64,000 nucleotides of DNA from Cirrosporium novae-zelandiae (Eukaryota): the NCBI GenBank assembly GCA_026023565.1, contig JAPETS010000002.1, positions 496,001-560,000 of the forward strand, written 5' to 3'. Made by a program: the position numbers and the translations under genes. The notes under the pieces are model-generated. The model saw only the letters and a program-made list of their open reading frames with translations. It had not been told where the DNA came from and did no database searches. Of the stretch, positions 24,572 through 38,195 are shown in pieces (position 1 is the first letter of the stretch; each line of letters opens with the position of its first letter).

Positions 24572-27228
24572 CTACTCTTCGTGCGTAGACTGTTTGCCCG
24601 CTACTTCTACCACCGTGGTCCCTCGCCCCTCAGCGTTCGCAACAGCACTTTGAAGAGCAATCGTGAGATCAGTGTGAAACAACGGGCGGCTTATACTTGA
24701 TACCACCACTAGCTTCTGAGTAATCTTGACTGCAGGCCTTCCTTTCGTGTCTTTGCTACTTGCCTCGGAGTTTATCGAGTCAGGATCGGTACCAGTTTCC
24801 AGGTCATGTTTCGATGGAATCGATCGAAGGTCCTTCTCGTTATCACGGGCTTCGGCATCTGCGGCAGCGCTATCGGACCCCCCCATTTCAGCAACGCTGA
24901 AAAGCGGCTTCCAGCGACGGAATTCAGGCTCCGAGGATGGAACACTTGGATAGCCGAAGCCAGAAGCAGCAAGAGCGCGCTTTGTCCAACGATTGTGAAT
25001 ACTGGCAAAGTGCCATTCCACCCTGTCTGGGGAAACATAGAGATCAAGCTGATTCCTGACATCAATCAAATGTTGAATGGATGTAATGTCCACGTTGTTG
25101 ACCGAGGAGAAATCAAGAATAATAGCTTTGAGGGTTGGAAGATGCAAGTCATCAACTATGGGCTTGCCACGTCGTGGTCCAGGATCATTCCAAGGACGGT
25201 CACCAAGTTGTGGATAATGGTTTGCATTCGTCCGGCGAGTATTCTTAAAGATGTGAGCGACCATCTTATCGAGGTAATGGTTCGCGTTGGGATAATTGTA
25301 TCCTTCTGAAAATCGATAGATGAAGATGCCGGGATACGGCGACTCAACATTGATTTCTGGGTTGGAACCGTCATTATGATCGATGGGAAGAAACACGTCC
25401 CTTGTGGCTTGGTCGGTATCGATTTCTTGATTTCTCTTGAATGATCCGTATTTCCCATCACCCCCATTTGCCTCGTCTTTGGAATCGAGTAGATGATCTC
25501 CAATAACAGAATGGATAGTGACTTTACCGAGGAAATGGCCCTTAGCTTTGACGATCCGGAAAAGCAAGACTGCAACGGAGATACAGATAGTTGTGTATAT
25601 GCCATTTTCGATGGTGGTGAAGACCGTAACAAACACACCAGCAAAGAAAATTACAACCTCCAGGGGGGACACCCGCCAAAATTGATATACGGTATTTGGA
25701 GGAGTAATAAGATCGCCGACAGCATGAATGATAACACCTGCTAGACTTGGTTGCGGAATGTAGAAGAAGACGGCTGTGAGTGCATAGATTGCCAGAAGAA
25801 CAATGACTCCTGTAATAACACCCGCAAATGGGGTTCGTACACCAGCCTTGGACTTGATGGCTGTCCGCGAGAATGATCCCGTGGCCGGATAGGCACCAAG
25901 GAAGGGCCCAAGGATGTTGGTGAAACCAATCGCAACCATTTCTTGGGATGGATTGATAGTGTAATTGTTGATACGACCAAAGGACTTGGAAATGGCAATA
26001 TGCTCGATCAGAAGAACAATGACGGTAACTGGAAGGTCGCTCGCATAGAGGCCGATAATGTGGGAGTTTAGCTTTGGAGCACCAGCAGCTTGGAAGCCTG
26101 TAAACGTCAGCATTTTGAAATAAAAGTTAACAGTGCGGCAAACTGACCCCTGGGGACACTGCCTAGAATTTTGAAAAGAGGGTCATCCCGGCGGTTTCTG
26201 TTGACTAGCCAGCTGATTAATGTATATAAAAGAATCACAAACACAGTCCGAAGTGTTGACAGAAAAAACAAGAGTTTCTTCTGGCTAGGGAATTTCTTTG
26301 CGGCGAACTTGCAGGAGGATCGGATGATGTATAACATAGCAAGCGCAGTTAGTCCCATGGCGGCGTCAATCTTCGACCTTCCAAGGTGCTTCAAGATGTT
26401 AATGACAACTTTATAAGTTGCATCTCTCGTAGAGAATCCTGAGATACCCATCATTGTAGGAACCTGGCCAACACAAATATTCAAAGCCGAGCCAGTCATA
26501 AATGCAGATATTGCCGGTAGCGGGATAAAATCAACAATCCATCCACAACGAATCAGACCAATGAACAATACAATGGCTCCTGAGATAAGAGCGAGGGACG
26601 AAGCGATTACATGACCCGGAACCGACGGGTCATCAGCCTGAACCTTCAGAATAACATCACCAGTCAACTTTGACAAAACTGCCACAGGCTATATTCATGT
26701 CAGCAGTTGATATAAAATCCAGACCAAGGCGACTTACACCAATGGTGATATCTTTTGATGTAGCGAAAAACCAGTAGAGAATGACACCCATAAACGAGGA
26801 GTACAAGCCATATTGTACTGGAAGCTCAGCCAGTTTGGCGTAGGCCATACTTTGCGGCACCACAACAGCTCCGACAGTAATCCCTTGAAAAAAAAAAAAG
26901 GTTAGTTCGGTTGCGGATACACATAATGGAATACTTTTCACTTACCTGCAACCAAGTCTCCAATTAACCATTGAACATTATACCTTGTGATCCAATGGGT
27001 AAATGGGAAAAGACCCTTGACGTATCCAGCAAGTTCTTTCTTGTTAGGCAATGTCTCTCGGATCCATTCCGCAGCAGTAGGTTCTGGTTCAATGAATTCA
27101 TCGGCAGTCTGTATAGAGAAGACGGACTCTCCTCTTGTTACTCCAGCTTTGGGTGACCCTCGGTCAAGTTTAATACCCAGAAACTTGGCAAGGCCATGGC
27201 CTACCCTTGTGGCGGTTTGAGACGGCAT
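24572..27228 (-). CDS. SulP-family sulfate permease with STAS domain, 4 exons
   Basis: WLIGDLVAG-ITVGAVVVPQSMAYAKLA, EHIAISKSFGR, YPATGSFSRTA, AIILDFSSVNNVD. Confidence 0.93.
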
Positions 27229-30200
27229 TGCAAGACGGTTGACCCAATATAGAACACCAGGCGTTCACAATCTAGGTGAGGACCGTAAGAGCAAGCAAAG
27301 GTTCGCAAAAGGTTTTGAGGGTGCAGCAATTGAACAGTAATATACAACGTATCGGGTCGATATTATTAAGGCTGCAAAAGGGTGGAGTCAAACTTAGTGG
27401 ATCAGGTGGACCAGCCAAGGTTTGGGTAGGATCGACAAGACCTATTTAGAGGGGGAGTTTTCCAATGACAAGAGGTGATTACTTGAATTGGACAGGACTC
27501 GACATCAATGCAATGATAGCTTGAATGTCCCAGGGATGAAGATGAGTAAGAAATCCAGGGACTTGGACGGCGGGACAAGCTGAGTTCAAGTAGGAACTGG
27601 GGGGAGGAAAGATAAGAAGGGGCGGAGGGATGAAAAGAAGAGAAATGTCGCGATTTGACAAAACATGTCTTGGTAGATGAGTTAGATAGAAGCTCATTTT
27701 ACGGTAGAGGCTTGGAAGGCTGACGCAGCGGGAAGACGGCGGCGAGAACCAAAGATGGTCAAAGTGATTAAAGTGGCCATGGCGGTCATGGTGGACCACA
27801 CATTTTTGAAATGGATGGAGATAATACCGAGTCAAGGTGACGCAAGCTACTGGAGTAAAGAGTAAAGACGGTAAAGTAGGAAGGGTGGGTGCCATGTTAG
27901 AATTCCAGATGCCAAGGATTCACGGTGACAGGGCAAGGTCCATGGAAGTTTACAAGAGATCTTTACCGGACTAATCAACAAACAATAACGAATTGCTCAA
28001 AGACAAGTACAGGTGACGTGCTTCGGCTTAGGCTTATTTGGTGATTAGACGACTTAGGACTGGGTCGGGTTGTGGGACCTCTTGGGACCGGTTGTTTTCT
28101 AGATGAATATAATTATGTACAATTATGTAATTACGTACTATTATGTACTAGTTGAACCAACCAGACCAAGTTAGTTTATCCTTGGTCATGCTTTAATATA
28201 CATAACTGTACACATTCTCCTTATACTCTGGAGTAGTAGTAAGAAGGAAGACACAGAGTTCAGGATAAAATAACATAGAGTTGATTATCGAGATAAATAA
28301 CCCGTGAAAATGACCAAAAGCTGAACATGACGAAAATAAAATACATCCAGTGATATCCTTTCGTTGAATACAGTCTTTCCACGATACTTCTCGCTAGAAC
28401 ATCGCCAAGCTGAACAACGGCGATTGCGTGCTTGAAGCCTTCAATCCTGCCATTGCAAATTCATCATTTCCAAGTTTCAACACCTCCTTTCTAATCTTAC
28501 CCCCATCTACTGGAGAAATCATCTGTCTGGGCAATCATTATTATTGTCTCACCCATTCATCTTATCTAAAAAAAATATGAGTGGAATACACGACGGCTAT
28601 CGATTATCTATGTAACATAGTTCCAGCTCCGTCTCACAAATGAATATCCCTCGTGAGCTGATGCGAATGATATCCCAGTAATAATAATATTATCTTCAGT
28701 ACTTTCTCCTATTACTGTGATGATAAACGACGATGATAATGGCGATGATCACAATGATAATCATGCTAAAAGGAATGAATTTGAATAAACAGTTCAGCTT
28801 CCTTGGTTGTCCTCAGGGTCCGTCTATCAGTCCTGAAATTCTAGGGGATAATACGCCAGCCAAAGAGATTTGTCTTCAGAGCTACCCCCCAATGTTGAGT
28901 ATCACTTACAAAAGCGCCATTCAGGCATGGAAACATGCCTTCTACTTGATTTGCTGATCATCTAGACTCATCCAACCATGCAGCTACTACTTTTGAGCAG
29001 CTTCGAGGCCCGCAGGATCAAATCAAATATTTGATTTCTCGGTCCACACGCCTGCCTTAGGAACTCTATCCTTTCCTCGACATGGATATTGGTAATTGAT
29101 ATTGCTCCTTCGCTAACAATCAGCAAATGAATGATTCTTGCGACGGGGGAGGATGGAACTACCTTTCCTCAACTTTACTAGAAGTTAGCTATGCCTATAG
29201 TCACCATGTCTCTAGAGCCGCCACGATACTGATATATTGATATCGATATTGATGGGGGGTGGACATTTTGCAGCCACGTACAGTCGTTGAGTGTCTTCCC
29301 TGCCGCTACTGCACTGTAAGAGAGCCTAGAGATAGTCACATTTATCCCTTAACCCTGGGAGCTAATATGCATTATATTCAGATTAACTCCTAACTGTCAA
29401 CTTTATCTCCATGACGGGATATTGGCGTTTAATAGTGTTCCCGCATATGGGAACTGGACCCCGTGTATGATCTGTGCGAACAGCAATCATTTTTCGCATC
29501 TTTGCTTTCTCATAGTCTCCTCCATACTCACCTCATGTTTTCCGCCCTCTTTGAGTCCATACGAACGCCATTACGACTAGCCGCGGCATACCTCCAATAA
29601 CATCTCTGTGGTTTGCACCAAGTAGGTGGATTCAACAGCATCCCTGGAACCGGTCAATACGTTTAGTTATCTCCCTCAAACAAAGAACAAATACCTCAAT
29701 CATGTTACCTTCGCGTGAGCAGCAGAGCTCTTTTCCTCCACTACTAGTTTGGGCAGCCATGCTTGAGAACAAGACACACCCACACACACTCGCACACACC
29801 AATGTCCAAGGAACCCCAGGAGGTTCGAGATCCAAGCAAACGCCATTGGCTTTCAGAGGGTTCGAAGAACCTCGTCAATATATATGTTCGAGAAAGGTAT
29901 ATTTTAAAAGTTGTTTTCAGCTGCTCAAATTGTCCCTAAAAGAGGAGATTCAGACAAGTAATCTGCAGTCTAAGCTACGCTCGTGACCTCGGCCATATTT
30001 ACGGTGGCATTTTATGTTTCCTGCCTCGCTTAGAGCTAGTATCCGTTTCCAATAAATTCCCATTCCTTTAGTCGACATTACAACTGCAGCGAGATTATAC
30101 CGACTCACGGATTCTAGTTCTTTTGCTCCCTCTACTTTTCAACTTGCTAATTCAACATTTTGGATAGGACCTATTTGAGGAATTATGTTGCTTCGTTTCA

Positions 30201-31935
30201 CTCGTCAAAAGGCAACATATATTCTTTACGCACAACATGAACTGCAAAAAATGCCGAATGCTAATATTTACATATTCCACGTGGACCATCTATAATCCTA
30301 TTCATTACACCAAGAACCTGTCAAACAAACAAAGCCTATAACCCTCACAAATGATCGAGTGGGTATGCAGTGTCTAAGGAAGGGACATGGCCTTCCATTC
30401 TAAGAAGAAACGTAGGTTGATGGAAGAGTTGTTTTCAATTATTATTCATACCGTTCAGATACCCGAACGATAACTCTACGACATCCGGAGATGTAGAGCG
30501 ATCTCAAAGACGCCAGAGATGGAAGTTATCTTAGATACTCGGAATTATGGTCTATCTGTTTCTTGCCTATGACGCCAATAACTCGAACATACCGAATCAT
30601 TTGTTTCTCGAAAGGCTGACAAAACCATAAACAGTGTTTATGTTGTGTACCCTACACCGATCATGCAGTCGGGATTGTATAATTGACGTCAGACTTCAAG
30701 CACAACAAACACTGCTGCCGATATCCAATCGCTTCAATTAACATATATTTGCCTACCCGATAAGCAATCCAGCATCCCCTTCTAACAGCATTACTCGGAG
30801 TTTTCTCAAGAAGATCCGAGGTGTGACGGGTTGCCAAAATTTTATGCCAAGACATATTTCGTGACAGCGGTTTCAGGTACCACAGTGCACGTGGGTCCTC
30901 GGAACTGAAACATAGCACCCACGTGGATCCCGTGTCGACCCGTCACAAAAAGCCAAGGTTGAACTCTCCTTGCTGATAATCAATGACCTTTTCCCGTAGC
31001 AAAGCAAACACTACAAAATTATGTACAAGTTATCGCCTTGCACAGTTGCTGCAATGAATGCCGTTCTCATTGAAGTAATGATTTCCAACCTAACTCTACT
31101 CCATAATGATCTGCAGTACTCGTCAGCGAGATCCAGCCACCATATATACCATGGTAATTATGTTTAACTAGGCCATGGAATTTGAGCACCTATGTGTTTG
31201 TATAATTGGCTCAGCCTGTTGTCTGTTGTCCAAGTATTTTGCCGGTTGGGTGAAAGCCATTTCATTTGAAAATACTTGAAAGTCAAATGACCATCCAGCT
31301 TAGAGGCAGGTGAGCGATTCTTTAGCTATACACTACTTAACTCTAAATATGAATTATTACCTTTATCAATGGTATCTAGCATCCACCAAGTTCTACGTAG
31401 TCCCAGGGTTCAAATGGATATTCCCGTATTTTGTTATCGAAATAGCCTCCCCTGTCTGACCACCGTTGCCCTGGATCTCTGACCTAAGCTTAATGGACCA
31501 CCAAGGCGCCCTATATATCGACAGAGATGGAAACATGGAATGGAAATATGTTTACTGCCGTCCCAAACCTGAAAATTCAGATTTGTTATCCCATCTTTTC
31601 TTCAGAAAAGAAAAGAATTTTTTTTTTATTTGCTTCCTAAGTTATGACTTATATTATATCACTACATGGGTAAGTAAATAAGGTTCTCTACTTTACGTAT
31701 CGTTTGTAAGGAGGAGCGTACACTGGTGTTTGGTATTTGTACTGTAGAAACCAGCTAGGCTAAGCGAGGCGCTATCATCTACGATAAAAAGATATTCCGT
31801 GTTTTATCGAATATAGCAGAATAGCTTCGAAGGCGATCGTCTTCTTTCTATGCTCACTTCTCACATAGTTGTATAATTATTCTTCACACCTTTTATATCC
31901 TTCACCAGAATTCTCGTGCTCCTAAAAGAGATACC

Positions 31936-34398
31936 ATGGATGGTCCAAATTCAAAAAGAAGACGTATAGTGACAACCTGTTTGGAGTGCCACCGGAGGAA
32001 GCAGAAGGTGCTTTTTGTGCTCCGCTTTTTTGACCAGAGCAACACCCAGATCATCTGACTATCTTTAGTGCAACCGCCAGCAGCCCTGTAATATCTGTCT
32101 CGCCAGGAATGTCCCCGATAAATGTTCATATGCCAATTCATCAATGTAGGTCTTTAATCTCTGCTTATCTCTAGTTCGTTTTTTGTCCCTTTGAGCCCGC
32201 TGGATCACACTCGACCAATGTCTTAAATTGATTCTGAGCTTGGTCATGCAATCGACGCCCTCTCGGTGAGGCAAAGCAATATATATATTGGGACTATATC
32301 CCTACCACCCTCATTAATCCATGCTGTAGGTCTAGTCAAGTTGTTGCACCTGAGAGGGGAGGGGCAAGCCGGCTGGTTGAGAAGTCCCTCATACATGAGG
32401 AGGATACCCTCGACCCATTCTCTAGGGAATCTGACTTTATAGACCAGATTGGGTATTCAGCTATGAGTGGAAGCAATGTATATATGGACTTGCATCAGGT
32501 AATAGCAAATTCTCAAGCAGTCAATGTACCTATAACTAATTTATGCAGCTACTCAAAGGTGAGACGAGTGGATTGCTGGAACACGATAGTATGTATGAAG
32601 GACCAATGCATCATACACGTTTAGAGAACAAATTCTGGGCTCTAGCCAAGGAATTGCCGCCAACCCCTATCACCAGGGAGCTTATAGAGGTTTTCTTCTC
32701 CGATGTGAACTGGTTCTATTGTATACTTGAACGATATTACTTTAACCAGCTTTATACATCGTGGCTCGACATTAGTGATGTTGCTGTGGACCATGCTAAC
32801 GTAGGAGGTCTTTCCCGAGAGCTGAATCATTTTCTGGCTTTGCTATTCCAGATTCTTGCTATTGCATTACAATTCCTGTCGCCCGACGCGGCAGCAGCAG
32901 AACTTCTCCAAGTCAAAGACATGACAGTCCGAGACCGTCTTGGCAGGCAGTACAGCTGTATCGGTATGGAGATCATGACTTTATTAGGGCGACATCATGC
33001 CACTCTCACCTCTGTCCAGCACGATCTTTTGAGAGGAGTATGGTTGAAGAACTGTGGCCGAGGGACCGAAGCATGGCATGCCTTGGGTAGTGCCATCAGG
33101 TTATGCTTGCTCCATCTAATACATGTCATGCAGAGACTGACATGACTCTTTAGGCAAGCGCAAGAGATGAATTTACATTTGCAATCCAAGGTTCGTCAAA
33201 CAGGGACAAGCAATATAGGGGAAACGCTGAGCCGACTCTGGTACGACGAATATAAGAGACGGCTTTGGGTTATTTTGTTCATATGGGACAGGTAGGAATT
33301 ACCAACCCATCATCGTTGTACCCTACTGATAATAGAAGCCATATGGCCCTGATTCTCGGCCGACCTCGGATAATTAACGCGGGCGATTGCGATATCAAAG
33401 TGCCAATCGATTACAACATTCCGAAAGATCCCTCGAAAACAGTACCAATGGCTACACAAGCTGTTGATGATAGCGACTTGCCTTCTTTATTTTCCTCAAC
33501 CCTTTTACAGTACTCGGTTTCCCACTTAATCCACGAAATGCGGACCGCAGGCGCTGATAAGCGCTACCCGAAAGACTATAAAGTCATCTGCAACTTTCAC
33601 GACAGAGCGGCCTCATTGCTAGATAATGTGCCGCTTGTTCTTCGGCCTCAGAACCCGGATACTTCGTGGGATTCTCGGTGTCCATTTTTCTCACTACAAC
33701 GAGAGCTAGTTTTGACTTCCGTAGACTCGTTTCTCCTAGCGTTACATCGACCACATATTCATGCATACCCAGAGAGCCGAACGGCCGCTGTACAGGCTGC
33801 TCTCTCTATACTCAAATCCCAGCAACGCTTCCTCGAGAAAATTCCCAGACATCAACGCAAGTTCGTTTGGCTTGCATTTAATACCATTAACGCGGCATCT
33901 TTCTTGTCAGTAGTTACAATGATGTATCCACCAACGGATGAGGATTTCAAGCAACAGATTGATCCTAGTCTTCGCCAGGCCATTAGCAGACTCGAATTGC
34001 TAGAACATGGCAACCCAGTAGCCCGAACTGGTCTAAAGCTACTTCGATATTGTTACCAGAAAATACAGCTCTCTTCTAGATCCAACAATGAACATGTTGT
34101 CTCAATTCCAGTGAATGAGGCGGCTAGAATAATTCAGCCGCAGGGATCCAGCGAAGAATCTGGTATTCACGGCAACAAGAATCCAAAATTGCCGGATACC
34201 GAAGATCCTTCTCGACCCATTGCTTTTAATCTAAACGACATTTTCCAACAGCAAGGTGACATGCCAGCTGCCCCGGATATGACAGAGTCTCCAACGTCCA
34301 ACGAGTTTGATGCATCATATTGGATCGAGCAGATAAACCAGATCCAGAACAACTATGGAGATGAACCGAATAATAACTGGCCGTGGAACTCTTTTTAG
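31936..34398 (+). CDS. Zn2Cys6 fungal transcription factor with middle-homology (fungal_trans) domain, multi-exon
   Basis: Exons 31936-32007 and 32069-32145 splice to CLECHRRKQK-CNRQQPCNICLARNVPDKC. Later exons give AWHALGSAIRQAQEMNLHL, RRLWVILFIWD, HMALILGRPRIIN and LALHRP. Confidence 0.88.
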
Positions 34399-35143
34399 AC
34401 TATTCTGTGCTAATAAAGTCTATTTAACATGAAAAAAAAAACAGAAGCTGCAACGATATCAAGCTTCGTCTTAAAAATTAAAAGGCTTAGAACTATTATA
34501 ATATCACTAGGGTCTAGCCTATCAGATGCCCGCACAGGAGGCGGGTGCGCCTCGCTTCTTACACAGTGAGCTTCTGCTCCCGATATTCATCTTCAGCTGT
34601 CACTTCATTTGTTCCAACAAGAATCAGTGCTCCAACGTATTCAACCGCCGGTTGAAATGAGGCTAGCTCGACTACACACAAGAAATATAATTTGAGGAGA
34701 ATGAGGAAGCTTTGGTTTTAGAAACTAAACTCGCAAATCCTCAAAATTGTGACTGGAATACGTGGTTCCCTTTAGTTTATTCATGATACTCGTATGTGAC
34801 GGTCCATTTGTGACACTTCGGGGCTACACCGGGCTTTGGAGAAATGCCGTTCCGCCAATGAAGTACATACCTAGATCCTACTTTCTACACATGTTGAATT
34901 TTCCGTCGAAAATTACAGGGCTTCTCTTAAGAGACCGTGTACGTGAGAATTAGCTACGGAGATTTGCTCTACTAAGGCAGAGGTGAAATAGTCATTGCTT
35001 ATCGGACCATATATGGATTCTTCCAATAGTTCACGTTGATGGAACGACGCCTATAATTCAAATTATAGGGCCAGATAACCTTAACATATTGATCCCAAGT
35101 TAACTTATCCTTCCGCCATACTGCACAGCCCTGCTTATCCATC

Positions 35144-36304
35144 CTAATAGCCAACAGCCTTTGGAGCCTGTACGAAAGAGAAAGAAGCAGAAACTGCAAG
35201 AAGACCGCTAGCCCGGTCAACCACCTTCGGATCCGGGCCTATGAAGTTGCTCGGAAATCCCACGTCAAAAGGCCTGACACTCTCCAGATACTCAATTTGC
35301 TTCGCCGTCAGTTTTATTTTTAATGCCTGGATGTTATCCTGCAAATGCTCTATCTTCCTCCCGCCAACGATAGGGAAGACATTTGGAGTTTTGCATAGGA
35401 CATATGCGAGGGCGATGGCCGTTACGGACTCGATATTGTGTTCCGATGCAACTTTGGCAAGTGCTTCACTCATCCTCACTTCGTCCTCGTTTTGTTCTAT
35501 GCCCCTGTAAGGTCGAAGCCCTTCACCTGTCTTTTTACGCTCTTCAACTGCCTTCTTGGTCTGGAATTTCCCACCACCGAGCACATCCCATGGCGCAAGA
35601 GCCATGCCGAAATGGCTCGCCATAGGGATGATTTCTCGTTCAAAGTCGCGCAGCATGACATTCCACTGACCCTGATAAATACTGAACGGCGTTTTCCCGT
35701 GGGCTCTGGCGTAGGTATTTGCTGCGCTGACGACCCACGCAGGCGAATCTGAGATGCCAAGGTACAAGACTTTTCCTTGCTCTACGAGGATGTGTAGGCT
35801 GTCCATTACCTCTTCGATGGATGTCGTGTGGTCCCACCAATGTAGGTACAGAATATCGATCCAATCTGTCTGTAATTTCTTCAATGAATCCCGAACGCTC
35901 ATATAAAGACTTCGCTTGTGGTTCCCGCAGTTATTTACACATTTGCCTTTCCCCAATGCATGCGCCCTGTAGTCTGTTGTATATTTGGTAGCAATAACGA
36001 GTTGGTCGCGGTTTTTGCGTTCGGTCATCCATTCTCCAAGCCAGGTCTCCGATTGCTCGGATTGATAATGGTTAGCTGTGTCGATGAAGTTGCCACCAGC
36101 TTCAACAAAAGCATCAAGGAGTTTGAATGATGATGCTTTATCCATGTTACCTATAAAGCCAGACCAAGCATCACCGATCGACATTGCTCCAAGCTGGAGG
36201 GGGGAGACTCGAAGGCCTGCCACGGGAGAGAGAATACGGTAACGGCCAAGCTCCGTTAACGGTTCCGGGGCGGGTTCAAATAGGTCTGACAGTGTGACTG
36301 ACAT
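35144..36304 (-). CDS. Aldo-keto reductase, aryl-alcohol dehydrogenase (AAD/NorA-like), intronless
   Basis: [55 protein letters not shown]. Confidence 0.93.
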   Translation of the reverse strand: MSVTLSDLFEPAPEPLTELGRYRILSPVAGLRVSPLQLGAMSIGDAWSGFIGNMDKASSFKLLDAFVEAGGNFIDTANHYQSEQSETWLGEWMTERKNRDQLVIATKYTTDYRAHALGKGKCVNNCGNHKRSLYMSVRDSLKKLQTDWIDILYLHWWDHTTSIEEVMDSLHILVEQGKVLYLGISDSPAWVVSAANTYARAHGKTPFSIYQGQWNVMLRDFEREIIPMASHFGMALAPWDVLGGGKFQTKKAVEERKKTGEGLRPYRGIEQNEDEVRMSEALAKVASEHNIESVTAIALAYVLCKTPNVFPIVGGRKIEHLQDNIQALKIKLTAKQIEYLESVRPFDVGFPSNFIGPDPKVVDRASGLLAVSASFSFVQAPKAVGY

Positions 36305-36512
36305 TTTGGAGATGTGGATGGGCTGTTGATGATGGTTTTAAGGGTGCAGTTTTTTTTCTATTTTGTTAAGAAACAGGCAATAAGAAGCTGCAGAAGACTA
36401 GATGGATATGTATCTGTTCAAGAAACTTGGTGAAGCCCTTTCTACTTATCTTCAAGCAGCACGAGCGCCATGGACGCCATGGCGAGTTCACTATGCCATC
36501 GACTGTTGTTAC

Positions 36513-36606
36513 ATGGTGACAAATCAACCCGGTAAAATAGTATGGTGACAAATCGACCCGGTAAAATAGTATGGTGACAAATCAACTCGGCAAAATAGTA
36601 TGGTGA
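36513..36606. repeat. 29-bp tandem repeat, about 3.2 copies
   Basis: ATGGTGACAAATCAACCCGGTAAAATAGT at 36513, variants at 36542 and 36571, and a partial ATGGTGA at 36600. Confidence 0.9.
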
Positions 36607-37122
36607 TGTTTGCGATATCTCGGCCATAGCGGCGTTACACATTGTTATCGACGTGAATATATACCATTATCCAAATATGGTGACCCTGGTGTCGAAATAA
36701 ATACGGTGGATGGATTTACCGTAGTTCCGAAGCTCTTTGTGAAAAGCCCACAGAGCCCATTTTTTTCGGCCGAAAATTGGCATAATGGCATAAATTATGC
36801 TAAATTTATACTAAAGTTGTGAGCTTCATCGGCCGAAATTACATAAAAAGCTCATCGCCCATGTCGACAGTGGACTCGATATTGTCCCTTGGATTCGGCG
36901 AGGTTACCTGATAGCTTATCGTGTCCCACTGTGTGGTTATCTACCGTGGATTTTGGAGTGGAATTAAGGTGTGCCATGGGGTTTGTATTCTCGAACCGAC
37001 AACCATGGACGAAATACCGTGTAGACCCAATGCATAAATATTCTCCTCGATCCTCTCATAGATGGCTAAAATAGTACTCCCAAAATTGTCTCAACAAACA
37101 ATTCCACCTGAAATCGTACATC

Positions 37123-38195
37123 ATGAGCCATCCACAGGAAACCAACCTCAAGGTCGTCTTCGGCGCCATGACATTTGGCAATCCAGGTAAGTATTGATCG
37201 ACCAAGCCATATGCCATACGTATAAACTAAGATCCTGTTCTTCAGGTACCTTGGGGGCTCGTGTGCATACGCTCCAGGATGCCGGTGGGATCCTCGACGT
37301 TTTCCAGAAGCATGGTCACAACGAAATTGACTCTGCCCGTTCGTATGGCTATGGGTCATCCGAAACGATGCTAGCAGATCTCCAGTGGCAAAAACGGGGA
37401 CTCGTAATGGACACCAAGCTCTACCCAAACGCTGGCGGGCCCATGAACAAGGGCGAGCAATACACCCATAGAGCAGAGGACGTCCGGAGGGGCCTCCTGG
37501 ACAGCCTCAAAGCGCTAAAAACAGACAAGATCGATATGTTCTACTTGCATGGACCGGATCGGAAGACGCCTTTCGAGGTAACGCTACGCATGGTAAACGA
37601 GCTATACAAAGAAGGCTACTTCAACCGTTTCGGCATCAGCAACTACATGTCCTGGGAAGTAGCACAAATCTGCGAAATCTGCGACAAGCATGGCTGGATC
37701 AAACCGACCGTCTACCAGGGTATTTACAACGCGTTGCACCGCAACATTGAACCCGAACTGTTCCCCTGTCTACGCCATTACGGAATCGCCCTCTACGCCT
37801 TCCAACCCCTCGCCGGCGGTTTTCTAACCAGCCGCTACCACCGCGACCAAACAGACTTTGAAGCGGGCTCGCGATTTGACCCGAAGATATGGCAGGGCAC
37901 ATTGCATCGCGGGCGCTACTGGAACGACGCCTATTTCGATGCTTTGGAGCTTATCCGATCGCTTGGGGAAAAACATGGGCTTACGGAAGCGGAATGCGCG
38001 CTGAGGTGGCTGTTGCATCATTCCCTGATGAAAAAGGAGTTTGGTGATGCTATCATTGTTGGTGCGAGCAGGGCCTCGCAGCTAGAGGAAAATTTGGCGG
38101 ATCTGGAAAAGGGCCCGTTGCCGGAGGATGTGGTGGCTGCTTTGGATGCGGGGTGGTTGAAGGTGAAGGGAGAGTCTCCTAAATACTTTCATTGA
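37123..38195 (+). CDS. Aldo-keto reductase, aflatoxin B1-aldehyde reductase (AKR7)-like, intron 37187-37245
   Basis: VVFGAMTFG, EIDSARSYG, MDTKLYP, FYLHGPD, PTVYQGIYN, PLAGGFLT, ALRWLLHHS. Confidence 0.92.

Noticed and set aside
27229..28200. CYS3/MetR binding sites upstream of the sulfate permease
   Set aside because: No exact ATGRYRYCAT was found by eye, only near matches such as ATGGCGGTCAT.
32146..32329. Premature stop making the Zn2Cys6 TF a pseudogene
   Set aside because: A single GT-AG intron of about 184 nt (32146-32329) keeps the frame and removes the stop.
36513..36606. CRISPR-like array (29-bp repeats)
   Set aside because: The units are directly adjacent with no unique spacers, there are no cas genes, and the context is eukaryotic.
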